Shown here piece after piece: positions 55,001 through 63,999 of a stretch of DNA of 64,000 bases. Below the pieces are notes generated by a model. It was not told the DNA's origin and did not search any database. It saw only the letters and a program-made list of their open reading frames with translations. The stretch is taken from positions 9,449,524 through 9,513,523 of the forward strand of contig OZ245740.1 in NCBI GenBank assembly GCA_965227305.1, read 5' to 3'. How positions within the stretch are numbered: position 1 is the stretch's first letter; each line of letters starts with the position of its first letter. The translations under genes were made by a program, and so were the position numbers. The stretch comes from Limisphaerales bacterium (lineage in GTDB: Bacteria > Verrucomicrobiota > Verrucomicrobiia > Limisphaerales > AAA164-E04).

Positions 55001-55677
55001 GGCGATCTCAGTTTGGTCTCTGGGAAGAGCGCTCTAGAAACAGTCGCGAGGGATTTGGGCTTTTCCATGCTTCGACGATCGTAGGGCTCGATTTCAGTCG
55101 CGATGGGCGGTTTGTGGCCACGGCTTCTCATGACAGTACGGCTCAGGTTTGGGATTTGCTGAGCGGGCAGCCGGTAGGGGGGCGATTGCGGCATTCTGGC
55201 CCTTGTTATTCCTTGCACTTTGATGCTACCGGCGATCGGATTGCCACCAGTTCAGCCGGCCAGACGGCGAATCTGTGGGACCGACAAACCGGCGTTCGGT
55301 TGATGGAACTCCCGGCGGGTGCCGAGGGGGACGTGATTGCGTTGGCGTTTACCAAACGGGGGGATCAACTGTTTGGAACTGGGCACCAGTTTTTCACGCT
55401 GTGGGATCTTCCTCCCGGACCTCGGGAAGCGATACCGGCTTGGTGGCGCCTCTTTGCCGAGTCGTTGGCGGGCTTTCGTATCCGACGGGTGACGGCCAGC
55501 GAAGGGCAGGAACAAATCGCATCTGAGCCGGTGGGCTACGAGGAACAGCAGACTTTGTGGCGAGAGATTGCCGCTGCAGATGAAGGCAACCGATATGTTC
55601 AGATTGCTCGTTGGGTCTTGGCTGCGGGGGCGCAGCGGGCGGCTTCGCCTTTTCGGAAACGTTCCGGTGCAGAGTGA
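52087..55677 (+). CDS. Transmembrane Ser/Thr protein kinase with a large WD40/beta-propeller-like extracytoplasmic region
   Basis: GTG start. Hanks kinase motifs LASGGMGEILLA, VALKRM, HRDLKPSNIMV, DWGLAK, GTPAYLAPE. One TM segment FLAVAATIALLALVAVAWIS at about aa 339-358. About 800 aa follow with WD40-like units (SPDGRWLLLGAADGTVLVYDV, HDSTAQVWDLLSG, AGQTANLWD). Confidence 0.88.
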   Translation: MAEAYKRYELGESLASGGMGEILLARDIELNREVALKRMLFVPDESEGPEAVRYFERFLEEAQITAQLDHPSIVPIHSIGFEEDGRAFYTMRLVRGRELGTIFRLVREGDGGWNQSRVIGILVKVCQAVAYAHAKGIAHRDLKPSNIMVGELGEVYVMDWGLAKAFECLRREALRAEIPGESSGVDTIAVVRSLDSEIHRGDTKTGNIVGTPAYLAPELAMGTSHAAAPQGDVYALGAVLYHLLSGHAPYMGNGQSTTAEEVIRSLQREAPVAIPRRTGVPAELIAICEQAMAREPNQRYATCAQMAEDLQAYLDGRVVRAYESGKIARFRKWVLRNRFLAVAATIALLALVAVAWISTWSSVRLTDALEETEQERERAVQVLAESFFLQGGQYYQQRDVRSGLAYWAQALEQDLEHHAAAARIAAICLQERIPLPASAPLRSKGRLNVLGVDPAGRYIALSEVDFGVRVWDSLESAWVGNWQFGSAPRRLTFLPRQRLVVVSVVHPNWQSGELHWLDLDTGGHRWPPYTFEGSVTGLSVTVSEDERLLAAGGVVWSLEDGRVVLAPNPEPVAAKRANFGPRTALSPDGRWLLLGAADGTVLVYDVAGRREVGRIRLRVDNGNLASVAWGPKAVEFLVSFDGGRGFVLRRETMETQGTFTAAGTAYESFALDATDRSVFLGSDGSIQFWDHAANRLDSLEMDHGSSIVTGALRADERHLLTVGADNLLRVWDTTSGRAVCEPIPFSVGGGFHRDRILSLNADGSLEQWRVPGRVAEPVVHRFDTSQWEYGHSAVTPDGQYLIGPGARAVELATEKLLYEETVPGAYGRVLVAVAPDSEQYAVTLDSQRLSLRVVSTGEIVWESGEGPASIVGLNFSPSGKYLAAVGAEGDLAVWRVEDAEAKPTRIRFQQPIGKPATIRFDASETRVCLSEWGGGHFAWNIESGELIGDYPQGDHAVYSFFAEGTSLQALVGRSQFGLWEERSRNSREGFGLFHASTIVGLDFSRDGRFVATASHDSTAQVWDLLSGQPVGGRLRHSGPCYSLHFDATGDRIATSSAGQTANLWDRQTGVRLMELPAGAEGDVIALAFTKRGDQLFGTGHQFFTLWDLPPGPREAIPAWWRLFAESLAGFRIRRVTASEGQEQIASEPVGYEEQQTLWREIAAADEGNRYVQIARWVLAAGAQRAASPFRKRSGAE

Positions 55678-55712
55678 CGCGTTGGAATAACTCCCCCGCG
55701 AAGCGTTCGTGG

Positions 55713-56435
55713 TTACTTGAGGCGATCGAACATCCGTCGAGGTGGGCCATCGAACTCGGCATCGGTAGGCAGCCAGAAGCGGCGGAGTTCGGCCTTGGCG
55801 TCAAATTCCACCGTCTCCCATTTGCTGATGTGCAGGTCGGCGAAGATGAGGTGGCCTCGTTTATTGTGCCGGAAGGCAAGGGAACGCGAGGCGAATTGGG
55901 GGCCGACTTGGCCACTGTAATCCTTGGGACCGAGATTGCCCTCCATGTAGAGCATGGTCGAGGTCGGTTCGAGGAAGCTGGATATTTTGGTGCTATGGCA
56001 AATGCCGCAGTTCATCCCGAAACTGTAGTTGCGATCGTGGGGACTGTTGTTGCGACCGCCTCTGGCGCGCCCGACTGTGGACGTCCGGCGTTTGGTAGCG
56101 AGTTCAATACGGTCGGTCGGGCAACTGTAGACTTTCTCTGAGTTGAGGTAGGGGTAAAGGGTGCCGGTAGTGAGGTCGCCCTGGCGCGAGTAGAGCCAGC
56201 CGCGAAATGAGGGGAAATGTTCGTCGTTGTCGTCCGCATAGATCCAAGAGCCTTGGCCGAGTTGACGCAGGTTGTTGAGGCAAGCGATGGTGCGACCGGC
56301 TTCCTTGGCAGTCGCCAAAGCGGGGAGCAACATCCCGGCGAGGATGGCGATTATGGCTGCCACGACCAGGAGCTCGATGAGGGTAAAGGCGGCCCTTGGC
56401 CACCTTACGAGAGTATCATTTCGAGCGAATGCCAT
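55713..56435 (-). CDS. DUF1559-type prepilin-like protein (variant H-X9-D motif)
   Basis: WPRAA|[44 protein letters not shown]. The C-terminal [17 protein letters not shown] is H-X9-DL rather than H-X9-DG. Confidence 0.85.
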   Translation of the reverse strand: MAFARNDTLVRWPRAAFTLIELLVVAAIIAILAGMLLPALATAKEAGRTIACLNNLRQLGQGSWIYADDNDEHFPSFRGWLYSRQGDLTTGTLYPYLNSEKVYSCPTDRIELATKRRTSTVGRARGGRNNSPHDRNYSFGMNCGICHSTKISSFLEPTSTMLYMEGNLGPKDYSGQVGPQFASRSLAFRHNKRGHLIFADLHISKWETVEFDAKAELRRFWLPTDAEFDGPPRRMFDRLK

Positions 56436-56738
56436 TTCACTTAGACTTCAGGTATTGAATGACCCGTTCCGGACGTGATGGCGGCCGGTTGGGATCGTTG
56501 GCTTTGGGACTACTAGGAATGTGCCGAAGCTCTCGTCGGTTTGCGAGGCCTTTTTTGGGGGCAACCTTGCGTCACTTCCCATGCTCGTGGCTGAGGATTC
56601 GGTGTTACTGTCGCATTTAGATGTATGGATCTTTCCCTCTAAATGGTCTTTCACAGATACTTTTCCTGGCAATCGTGTTCGCACTGGGTGATGATGAGTT
56701 TGGTAGGTCTTTCATTTGGGCTCACTCTGGAGGTTTAC

Positions 56739-59700
56739 ATGTGTGTTAAGAGTAAGAAGACTTTGTTGGAGAAGATCTGTTACGGTATGGGGTGCTGGTT
56801 TCTGCGGATTGTACTCTTCGTGGTAGCGGGGGCGGCGAGTTTTCCTGATATTCTTTGGGCGGAATCCGTTTCGATTGGCCGCGTTGAAATACAGGTGGTT
56901 CACCGAGAGCATGGCAATCCGGTGCCGGGTGCTGAGCTGGTTTTCCGAATTTTGCCGGCAGAGGGGGATGCATTCACCGAGTCAGTTATGACTGGTGACG
57001 ACGGCATCGGTGGTTTGAATCTGGCGAATCGTCGAGTGCGCGAGATTGATTGTCGGGTCACGCGTTCCGGATTTATGTCCGTCGCGACGCACTGGGATCT
57101 GGCGCATTACAGTCGCAGCTTTGCCGATCCGGAACCAGTGATTCGGTCTCAGGTCCAATTGATGCCGCGGACTCGGCGAATCAGCGGGACTGTGGTGGAT
57201 GCGCAGATGCGGGGGATTCCGGGGGTTACGGTGCTATTGGATTATTATCACAGAGGAACCTCTGATCAACGGAAGCGCGAGGTTGGATTTCGAGGTTTTA
57301 CTGAAGCCGTACAAGCGATCACGGATGAGGACGGGCGTTGGGAAATGGTGGCTTGGGTCTCGCGTCGCGATCGGTCGCCGCGCCTTCGGTTCCAGCATCC
57401 CGAATTCCCGGATCACGGCGACCCCTCTGAGTCCGAAGATCCACTCAGGCGGGACCATCCCTGGTGGAGTTGGGACCCTCGGGGAAACTTTCGTTCGTGG
57501 GATCTTGCGGAGTTGCTCACCAGGGGGGATGCGGTGACGGTGATGAGTGGCGGGTTTACGTGTTCGGGGCAAGTGAACGACGCCGATGGGCAGCCCGTTG
57601 CTGGAGCCGATGTGGCTCTGTTGGCGCCGTTTGTTGGACGCGGTGGGCGAATGACGCAATCATGGAGCAATGGCATCCTGAAGCTTCAGTCGGATGATGC
57701 GGGCCGATTTGAAATTCGGGATCGGGTGGTTCGATTCGTATTGATGGATCGCGAATCCGCCGAGATCGCCCTCGCGGACTATGAGGTCTCGCTCGTTGTG
57801 GGGCAGGCGGGATTGCAGTTGGCGCATCAGGCCTTTCCCTACTTTCAGACTGGCGTTCATAAAGCGGTGTTTCAATTGAAGCCCGGGCCTTTGTTTGAGG
57901 GTCAGGTGGTTGACGTCGCGGGTAACCCGGTGCCGGAGGTTTCCGTGCGGCTCGAAAGTTGGAGGCAGCCGAGCGGTGCCGTGTTTGGCGCACAGGCTTT
58001 TTCCGGTGACGATGGTCGCTTCGCTTGGCCCTATCCATTGGATGGTTGGTATACAGTGCATTTCGGATGGATGGTCGATAAGGCCGGTTCTTTTGTGAGG
58101 CGATCGAGGTTGACGGATTTCCGCGGGATCGAGGCGCGAGATGCGGAGTATGAGGTGGAGCTGCCGGAGTCGTCGTCTCGCGTATTCCGGCTGGGTGAGC
58201 CGGTGAAACTAAGCGGAACAGTGACGCATAGCGAAACGGCGGCGCCGCTGGCGGAGTTTCTGGTCCGAGTCGTTGATGAAGCCGATTCGGATGTTGAGTC
58301 GGATATCGAGTTGGGACGAGCCCTTGGGCGTGACGGGAGTTATGTGGTTGAGATTCCGCAGGGATATGATCACCAGACGCTGTCCGTGTTAATCAGTGCC
58401 GATGGGTTTCTCACGGCGCGGGCGGGGCCAAATAATCTGCCGAATATCCCGAATCCGTTGGTGGTAGAGCTGTGGCCATTCGATCCGATTGAAGGTTCCG
58501 TGTCTGATGCGGAGGGGCAGCCGGTGTCTGGCGCAACCGTGCAACGGATCGTTCGGGAAGAGCGAGACCGGAACCAACCGGTGGTATTGCCGGTGATTGC
58601 GGAGGCGGACGCAGAACCTCGTGGGCTATTAAACATGGATCACCGACATGCGTTCCCTTTCCGCCGTGCCTACACGCGGACGAGAACGGGGACGGACGGG
58701 AAGTTTGTCATTGGGGATCAGCCGATCCAGTACGATGAGCGGCCAGAATGGGCCAAACCGTCACCCTTTGAGGGGCTGCCGGATGCGATTCGAAGGTCGA
58801 TGGAAGCCAAGCCGAAAGCAGAAAAGAAGGAGTATCTTTTGGTGCTGGCGGCTGAAGGATTTGCGTGCGTGCCTGTGGCGGAAATGGATGATCGCGGGCA
58901 CATCCAGTTGCAAGCCCTCTCTGAAGTTACGGTCCGACTTCCGGAGAGTGGTGAACCGGCGGCCTTTCGGCGCGTCCAATTGAGTCATATTGGCAACCCT
59001 GAGGACGTCGCGCTGCAAGTCAGTTTTCCGGGACGGACGAACGCCGACGGCGAGGCCCGGTTTGAAGGACTGATTCCGGGCCGGTACGAGGTTGCCGTGG
59101 CTTTGAAGTCCGGTTCCGGAATGCTGGATCGCCGTGGCGAAGTGGTTGCTGAGGCCGGGCAATCCCGGACCCTTGAAATAGGGGGCGCCGGCTATGCGGT
59201 CCTAGGAAGATTGGTCGCGGATCCAGGTGTCCCGGCAATCGACTGGAGTACGGGGCGGCTGAAATTCTCCGATTCCGAGAACCGAATTCCACACAGTATC
59301 CAATCCGGACTCTATTTGGTATCGGGAAATTCGGGGGGGGACGCGGACACTCCGAGTTCGAAAGCAGGCGAATCGAGACGCCAGCCGCGGGCGATTTGGC
59401 CGGATGCGGAGGGACGTTTCTCGGTGGCGGGCGTGCCGCCCGGGCGCTACCGTCTGCGTTATGTGGTAACGGATGATTTGCCGGGACCGGCTCAGCATCC
59501 CTTCGGAGTCATCGGCAAGCCGAACAAGCTGAACCGAATTTTTGGTGGAATGATTGAGATGCGGGAGGCGGTCCTTCCAATGCTTGGAGTTGGGCGTTCC
59601 GTACGGGGGCTCTTGAATCGAGGGGTCTTGCTCGGATATGCCGAAGAAGAATTTGTAGTGCCCGCGGAGTCAGGAGGAAATGCGGTTGAACTTGGAGACT

Positions 59701-60170
59701 TGGCGCTCCATTGGGCCAAGCACCCCGCGGTCGGGGAACCAGCGCCTTTGTTTGCGGGCGCGGTCGACGAAGGCGAGACGCTCTTTCATTCACAAAGCTT
59801 GGTCGGTCAAAGGGTCGTGCTGGCCTTCGGAAATGGCGGGCCGGCCTCCGACCGAGCCACCCAGGTGCTGGGAAATGCCCTGCACCAGGAACTTGAGGAA
59901 GCGGTTCGGCCCGTCTTGATTTCCCCACTCTTGGTGGACTCGAAGCGGGGTTTTCGTTTTCCGCGTGCGCCGAGAGGGGCGAACCGGCATTGGCGTGAGG
60001 TCTATGTAGGGCAATGGGAACAGTCGGAAGTGGCTGAGGCTTTTGGTATCTTTTGCATCCCGTATTTCTTTGTCATTGGGCCGGGTGGTTTGGTGGAGTT
60101 GGAAACCCCGAGTGCGGAAGCGGTCTATCGCTGGCTGGTGCAGGGAGACGAGAATGAGCCTCAGCGCTAG
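56739..60170 (+). CDS. Large exported protein with carboxypeptidase-regulatory-like (CarboxypepD_reg) repeats and a C-terminal degenerate thioredoxin-fold domain
   Basis: The start is taken at the ATG at 56739, with GGAGG (56729-56733) 5 nt upstream. The track start is 56643. Repeated GTVVDAQMRGIPGVTVLL / GQVNDADGQPVAGADVALL / GQVVDVAGNPVPEVSVRL / GSVSDAEGQPVSGATVQ units. The tail is VGEPAPLFAG...GQRVVLAFGNGGPASDRA...FGIFCIPYFFVIGPGGLV. Confidence 0.75.
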   Translation: MCVKSKKTLLEKICYGMGCWFLRIVLFVVAGAASFPDILWAESVSIGRVEIQVVHREHGNPVPGAELVFRILPAEGDAFTESVMTGDDGIGGLNLANRRVREIDCRVTRSGFMSVATHWDLAHYSRSFADPEPVIRSQVQLMPRTRRISGTVVDAQMRGIPGVTVLLDYYHRGTSDQRKREVGFRGFTEAVQAITDEDGRWEMVAWVSRRDRSPRLRFQHPEFPDHGDPSESEDPLRRDHPWWSWDPRGNFRSWDLAELLTRGDAVTVMSGGFTCSGQVNDADGQPVAGADVALLAPFVGRGGRMTQSWSNGILKLQSDDAGRFEIRDRVVRFVLMDRESAEIALADYEVSLVVGQAGLQLAHQAFPYFQTGVHKAVFQLKPGPLFEGQVVDVAGNPVPEVSVRLESWRQPSGAVFGAQAFSGDDGRFAWPYPLDGWYTVHFGWMVDKAGSFVRRSRLTDFRGIEARDAEYEVELPESSSRVFRLGEPVKLSGTVTHSETAAPLAEFLVRVVDEADSDVESDIELGRALGRDGSYVVEIPQGYDHQTLSVLISADGFLTARAGPNNLPNIPNPLVVELWPFDPIEGSVSDAEGQPVSGATVQRIVREERDRNQPVVLPVIAEADAEPRGLLNMDHRHAFPFRRAYTRTRTGTDGKFVIGDQPIQYDERPEWAKPSPFEGLPDAIRRSMEAKPKAEKKEYLLVLAAEGFACVPVAEMDDRGHIQLQALSEVTVRLPESGEPAAFRRVQLSHIGNPEDVALQVSFPGRTNADGEARFEGLIPGRYEVAVALKSGSGMLDRRGEVVAEAGQSRTLEIGGAGYAVLGRLVADPGVPAIDWSTGRLKFSDSENRIPHSIQSGLYLVSGNSGGDADTPSSKAGESRRQPRAIWPDAEGRFSVAGVPPGRYRLRYVVTDDLPGPAQHPFGVIGKPNKLNRIFGGMIEMREAVLPMLGVGRSVRGLLNRGVLLGYAEEEFVVPAESGGNAVELGDLALHWAKHPAVGEPAPLFAGAVDEGETLFHSQSLVGQRVVLAFGNGGPASDRATQVLGNALHQELEEAVRPVLISPLLVDSKRGFRFPRAPRGANRHWREVYVGQWEQSEVAEAFGIFCIPYFFVIGPGGLVELETPSAEAVYRWLVQGDENEPQR

Positions 60171-60179
60171 CCGACCTTC

Positions 60180-62564
60180 TTACCGTGGCTGAGAGGCGGG
60201 GATCTTGGCGAACAGTTGGTTGATGACTCCGTCCGGCTGCTGGATGAAGCGCCGGAATTCGGCATAGAACGCTTCCGGGGTTCTTTTCATGTGTTTGATG
60301 AAGGCGGCTCTTTTGCCAAGCTGCGGGACGTCGAAGTACCAGTCGCGCAGCACCGTACGTTCGTCTATGCCCAAGCCGTGGATGAGATAGGCCGTCGCCC
60401 AGGCGCCGAGCATGTAGTAAACCTGAGGGGCATCACCGCTTTCCCAATAACTTTCTTCCTCCAGGCGCCATTCAGGGTTTTGGGCGATGAAAGTCTTGAT
60501 CCCCGGTCGCCCAATGTTGGCTCCGCTCATGTAGAGGGATTGAAAGTATTCGACCGAGTTGACGAGTCCCAATCGTTGCATGAATAGCGCTGAGCTGTAA
60601 GTCGCACCGCCTTCCAGCATCCAGGAGTTGAGACTCCGGTCGGAATCCCGGTCGTGATCCGAGCCTTGGTGGGCGATTTGAAAAACGTGATGGTATTCAT
60701 GCAAGGCGCCCCAGGTGTTTTCTTTGGGATCTCCCGCACGTTCGGTGGCGTTGGTGGTGACATCCTCGTAAAGCCGGTGGGGGCGTTGCGTCCAGGTGAG
60801 CCCTCCGGTGGCCTCCCCTTTGAGCACGGCTTGGATTTCTTCGGTTACGTTCGGTTGGGCTAGAAAGTCACTGATCTGCTGGGCTTCGGCCCGGTCCGTG
60901 TCCGCGCGAACTCGGGTGCATGCGCGGGCTTGGTAGATGGAACGAATCGAAGCTTCATCCGAGGGGCCAAGGAGGTAGATGTTATAGGGACCATAATTGC
61001 CGAAGTAGTCGATCGCATAGTCAAGTCCGCGGCGATAGTAGCGAACGAGGGATCCATCCGGGTCTAACCCGGGCGCGACGAAGAATCGCGGCGGAATCTG
61101 AGTCTCGCTTGGTCCCTGGGTCTTTGCTTGGGACGGCGTGACAGAGCCGGACGGTGGGGCGTTTGGTAATAATCTGAAAACCCAATCGGGTTGGTTCAAG
61201 ACGACATAGAGCGCGCCATCGGGGCCGGTTTTCAAATCTCGAACACGGCCATAGTTTTTCAAGATGAGTTCTTGGGCGACCACCCGTTGGTCCTCGATTT
61301 CCAGGCGGCGGAGTTCTTCATAGGCCAGTGCGCCCACGAAGAGGTCATGCTTCCAGTCCGGAAACAGCGATCCGGTGTAGAACTCCGCCGGGCAAACGGC
61401 GATGGACGGTGTCCAATGAATCACCGGAGCCACGATACCGTCTTGCTCCGTCAGTTCGGAGACGGTCGTGCCATTGTACTCCTTGCCAAATGTAACGAGC
61501 GGCCAGCCGTAGTTGGCTCCTTTTTGGAGGATGTTCAATTCGTCGCCCCCCATGGGACCATGTTCCGTGGCCCAGATCTCACCCGTGACGGGGTGTTGGG
61601 CAAGTCCTTGGGCATTGCGGTTGCCGATCGTGTAGATCGCGGGGAGTGCGGCCGGATCTTGAACGAACGGATTGTCCGCAGGAATGGAACCGTCTCTATT
61701 AATTCGATAGATCTTGCCGCTGGGCTTCGACAGGTCCTGGACGTGGTCGTTGCGAGCGTGGTCGCCTACGGAGAAGTAGAGGTATCCCTCGCGATCGAAT
61801 AGAAGGCGGCAGCCCCAGCGATAGACGTTGGCCAGGTAGTCCTCCGGTGGGAGGGTGAAAAGGATTTCTTCATCAACCCATTGGTAGTCTCGGATCCGGC
61901 CTCGAATGACTCGGGTCATGCCTGAGCTGGGTTTGTCTGTTCCGGGCCCGAGTGCGTGACTGAATCCTAGATAGACCCATCCGTTGGAAAGGTAGTCCGG
62001 GTCCAGAGCCAGATCAAGGAGCCCGGCATCGGCGTGTTGAATCGTCTTGGGAAGTCCCTCGATGGGTCTCGGGTCTAGGCGCCCATTCACGAACCAGCGG
62101 AGATTGCCGGTGCGTTCTGAAATGATTACTCGATTCGGACTGATAAATTCGATGCCCCAGGGCGTTTGGAGTCCTTGATCGATGAGGAGCTCGACGCGGA
62201 GTTCACCGGCCGACGTGGAAATCGTTTTTGGCAACTCGCGCAAGGCATCGGGAGGGGTGTCTTGTTGTTCGATAACAAAGTCGCGAACGCGAACCGCTTG
62301 CTCTCGTGTGAGGACCTGACTCCACGCAGCCATCTCTGTTCCGGGGAGTCCGTAGAGGATAGTTTGCAGCATGGTGTTCGGTGCGCGGCCATGGATCCAG
62401 TCCGACTTGCGAAGCGGGTGTAGGCCGTTGACCCCCTCGAGGTTTCTTCCGTGACACCCCGCGCAATAGGTTTGGTAGAGGGCCTTTCCGGAGGGCGATG
62501 CGGCGTACAGCGGTGCCATTGGAAGTAACCCACTGAGGCAACAGAGTAGGAGGAACCGGGGCAT
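60180..62564 (-). CDS. Fusion protein: cytochrome c domain + PQQ-dependent sugar (glucose/sorbosone) dehydrogenase beta-propeller + C-terminal HExxH (gluzincin-like) domain
   Basis: Signal peptide. YCAGCHGRNLEG...LYGLPGTEMAAW (class I cytochrome c). GSDH blocks GIEFISPNRVIISERTGNLR, GNRNAQGLAQHPVTGEIWATEHGPMGGDELNILQKGANYGWP. C-terminal ~320 aa contain LHEYHHVFQ...NSWMLEGGATYSS. Confidence 0.82.
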   Translation of the reverse strand: MPRFLLLCCLSGLLPMAPLYAASPSGKALYQTYCAGCHGRNLEGVNGLHPLRKSDWIHGRAPNTMLQTILYGLPGTEMAAWSQVLTREQAVRVRDFVIEQQDTPPDALRELPKTISTSAGELRVELLIDQGLQTPWGIEFISPNRVIISERTGNLRWFVNGRLDPRPIEGLPKTIQHADAGLLDLALDPDYLSNGWVYLGFSHALGPGTDKPSSGMTRVIRGRIRDYQWVDEEILFTLPPEDYLANVYRWGCRLLFDREGYLYFSVGDHARNDHVQDLSKPSGKIYRINRDGSIPADNPFVQDPAALPAIYTIGNRNAQGLAQHPVTGEIWATEHGPMGGDELNILQKGANYGWPLVTFGKEYNGTTVSELTEQDGIVAPVIHWTPSIAVCPAEFYTGSLFPDWKHDLFVGALAYEELRRLEIEDQRVVAQELILKNYGRVRDLKTGPDGALYVVLNQPDWVFRLLPNAPPSGSVTPSQAKTQGPSETQIPPRFFVAPGLDPDGSLVRYYRRGLDYAIDYFGNYGPYNIYLLGPSDEASIRSIYQARACTRVRADTDRAEAQQISDFLAQPNVTEEIQAVLKGEATGGLTWTQRPHRLYEDVTTNATERAGDPKENTWGALHEYHHVFQIAHQGSDHDRDSDRSLNSWMLEGGATYSSALFMQRLGLVNSVEYFQSLYMSGANIGRPGIKTFIAQNPEWRLEEESYWESGDAPQVYYMLGAWATAYLIHGLGIDERTVLRDWYFDVPQLGKRAAFIKHMKRTPEAFYAEFRRFIQQPDGVINQLFAKIPASQPR

Positions 62565-62595
62565 GGCGGTATTCTCCCTGAGGAAACGGACGCGA

Positions 62596-63999
62596 TCAAG
62601 CAGAGGAATGGTTCAGAGGGAGGTTGGCGTGTTGATTGCCGACCCCATCGGAGACACGGAAGCCGCCAGCTAGGGCCCCGTCGTGGAGTCGGATCCCCAG
62701 TTCTCGCTCCGAAACGCGGGCGATATGAGCAGCGGTAAGGCACATCCAGATTTGCCAGAAGAACAGGCCAAAGGCAAATGTGCCTGGTCCGGCATGGAGG
62801 CCGATTACAGAGCCCAGCAGCACCATGATCCCGATCCACGAGAATCCGAAGGGCGGAAGCACGACGCTGGCAAAGGCCCGGGCGGTGCTTGAATTACGGA
62901 GTCCCGCTACCAGACCGGCCCAGATGAAGGCGTTGAGGTCCCGGTGGAGGAGAATCATGCCTCCAATCACGGCCAGCAAAGCCGGAAATAGCTCGACCCG
63001 AGAGCGCGGGCCAGAGAGTTCGATAAATTGGACGCCGATTTTCCAGGTGACGATCATGTTGATAAGCATGAGGATCGCTGCAGGATACCGGAAATGGTAG
63101 CGAAGTTCGCGGAACAGGGCTGCGGCCAGTAAGGGTAATGGCGTGGGTGTTGTTGCAAGGAGTTCCAAGGCTCCGGATTGCATGTGTCGTTTAAGTGTAC
63201 GGACGGCGGTATAGGCCACGATCATTTTGAAAAGGATGTGAACCGGGTAGAGGCACAATGCGAACTCCGTCAGGTCATTGGCGCCGAATGCCTCGATCCC
63301 TTGGATACTAAATATCAGAACGGCTATGGCTGTCAGAGAGAGCCATTTTGAGGGTGGCGTAGTACGGCGCGCGAGCCAGTCGAAAGGAAATTCACGATCG
63401 GGCCCTCGCCGGAGTTTGGGAGAAGTTGCCGGGGCTGTTTGCGAATCTTTCCCGAGTGATTCGGGAGTGGTGGTTCTTACTTCCGGTTGCAACGCCAGCC
63501 CCAGGAGCCGGCACGTGGCGATGCCAAGCGCGCCAACTCCCACGAGGACATTCCCCCCGAGCAGTGTGGGAAACTGGGGCTGAGGCCATCCACTACAAGC
63601 ATCTAGTAGCAACCAATAGAGACTGAATGAGGCGATGCCATCGAAGGGAGTGGGCGCTCGGTTCATGGCGTCGATGAATGGGAATGGGACGATCAAGACT
63701 GCCAGAAAAATCAGGGAGACCGAAAGGGCTTGCTCGGGCTCCCGACAAAGCACGGACGCTGCGAGGCCCACGCACGACGCCTGAAAGAGGGTGGTGAATA
63801 ACACGGCTACAACGAGTCCAACCTGGGTGTTGGAAACACCGCCGACGAGCATGGGGAGAGCGATGATGGGAATCGCCGCTACGAGACCGTAGCACGGTGC
63901 GAGTCCGGCCGCGGTTAGCTTGCCGAGGGTGATGTCGTAACTCCGGAGCGGAGTGAGAAAGAGGAGTCCCAAAGTGCCTTCAGAACGTTCCCGAGCCAA
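62596..63999 (-). CDS. Polytopic membrane protein, ABC-2-type permease-like (5' end lies outside the window)
   Basis: The ORF is open to the window edge. It contains ARERSEGTLGLLFLTPL, which resembles the ABC-2 permease motif, and at least 10 hydrophobic segments. The product call is tentative. Confidence 0.55.
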   Translation of the reverse strand: MARERSEGTLGLLFLTPLRSYDITLGKLTAAGLAPCYGLVAAIPIIALPMLVGGVSNTQVGLVVAVLFTTLFQASCVGLAASVLCREPEQALSVSLIFLAVLIVPFPFIDAMNRAPTPFDGIASFSLYWLLLDACSGWPQPQFPTLLGGNVLVGVGALGIATCRLLGLALQPEVRTTTPESLGKDSQTAPATSPKLRRGPDREFPFDWLARRTTPPSKWLSLTAIAVLIFSIQGIEAFGANDLTEFALCLYPVHILFKMIVAYTAVRTLKRHMQSGALELLATTPTPLPLLAAALFRELRYHFRYPAAILMLINMIVTWKIGVQFIELSGPRSRVELFPALLAVIGGMILLHRDLNAFIWAGLVAGLRNSSTARAFASVVLPPFGFSWIGIMVLLGSVIGLHAGPGTFAFGLFFWQIWMCLTAAHIARVSERELGIRLHDGALAGGFRVSDGVGNQHANLPLNHSSA

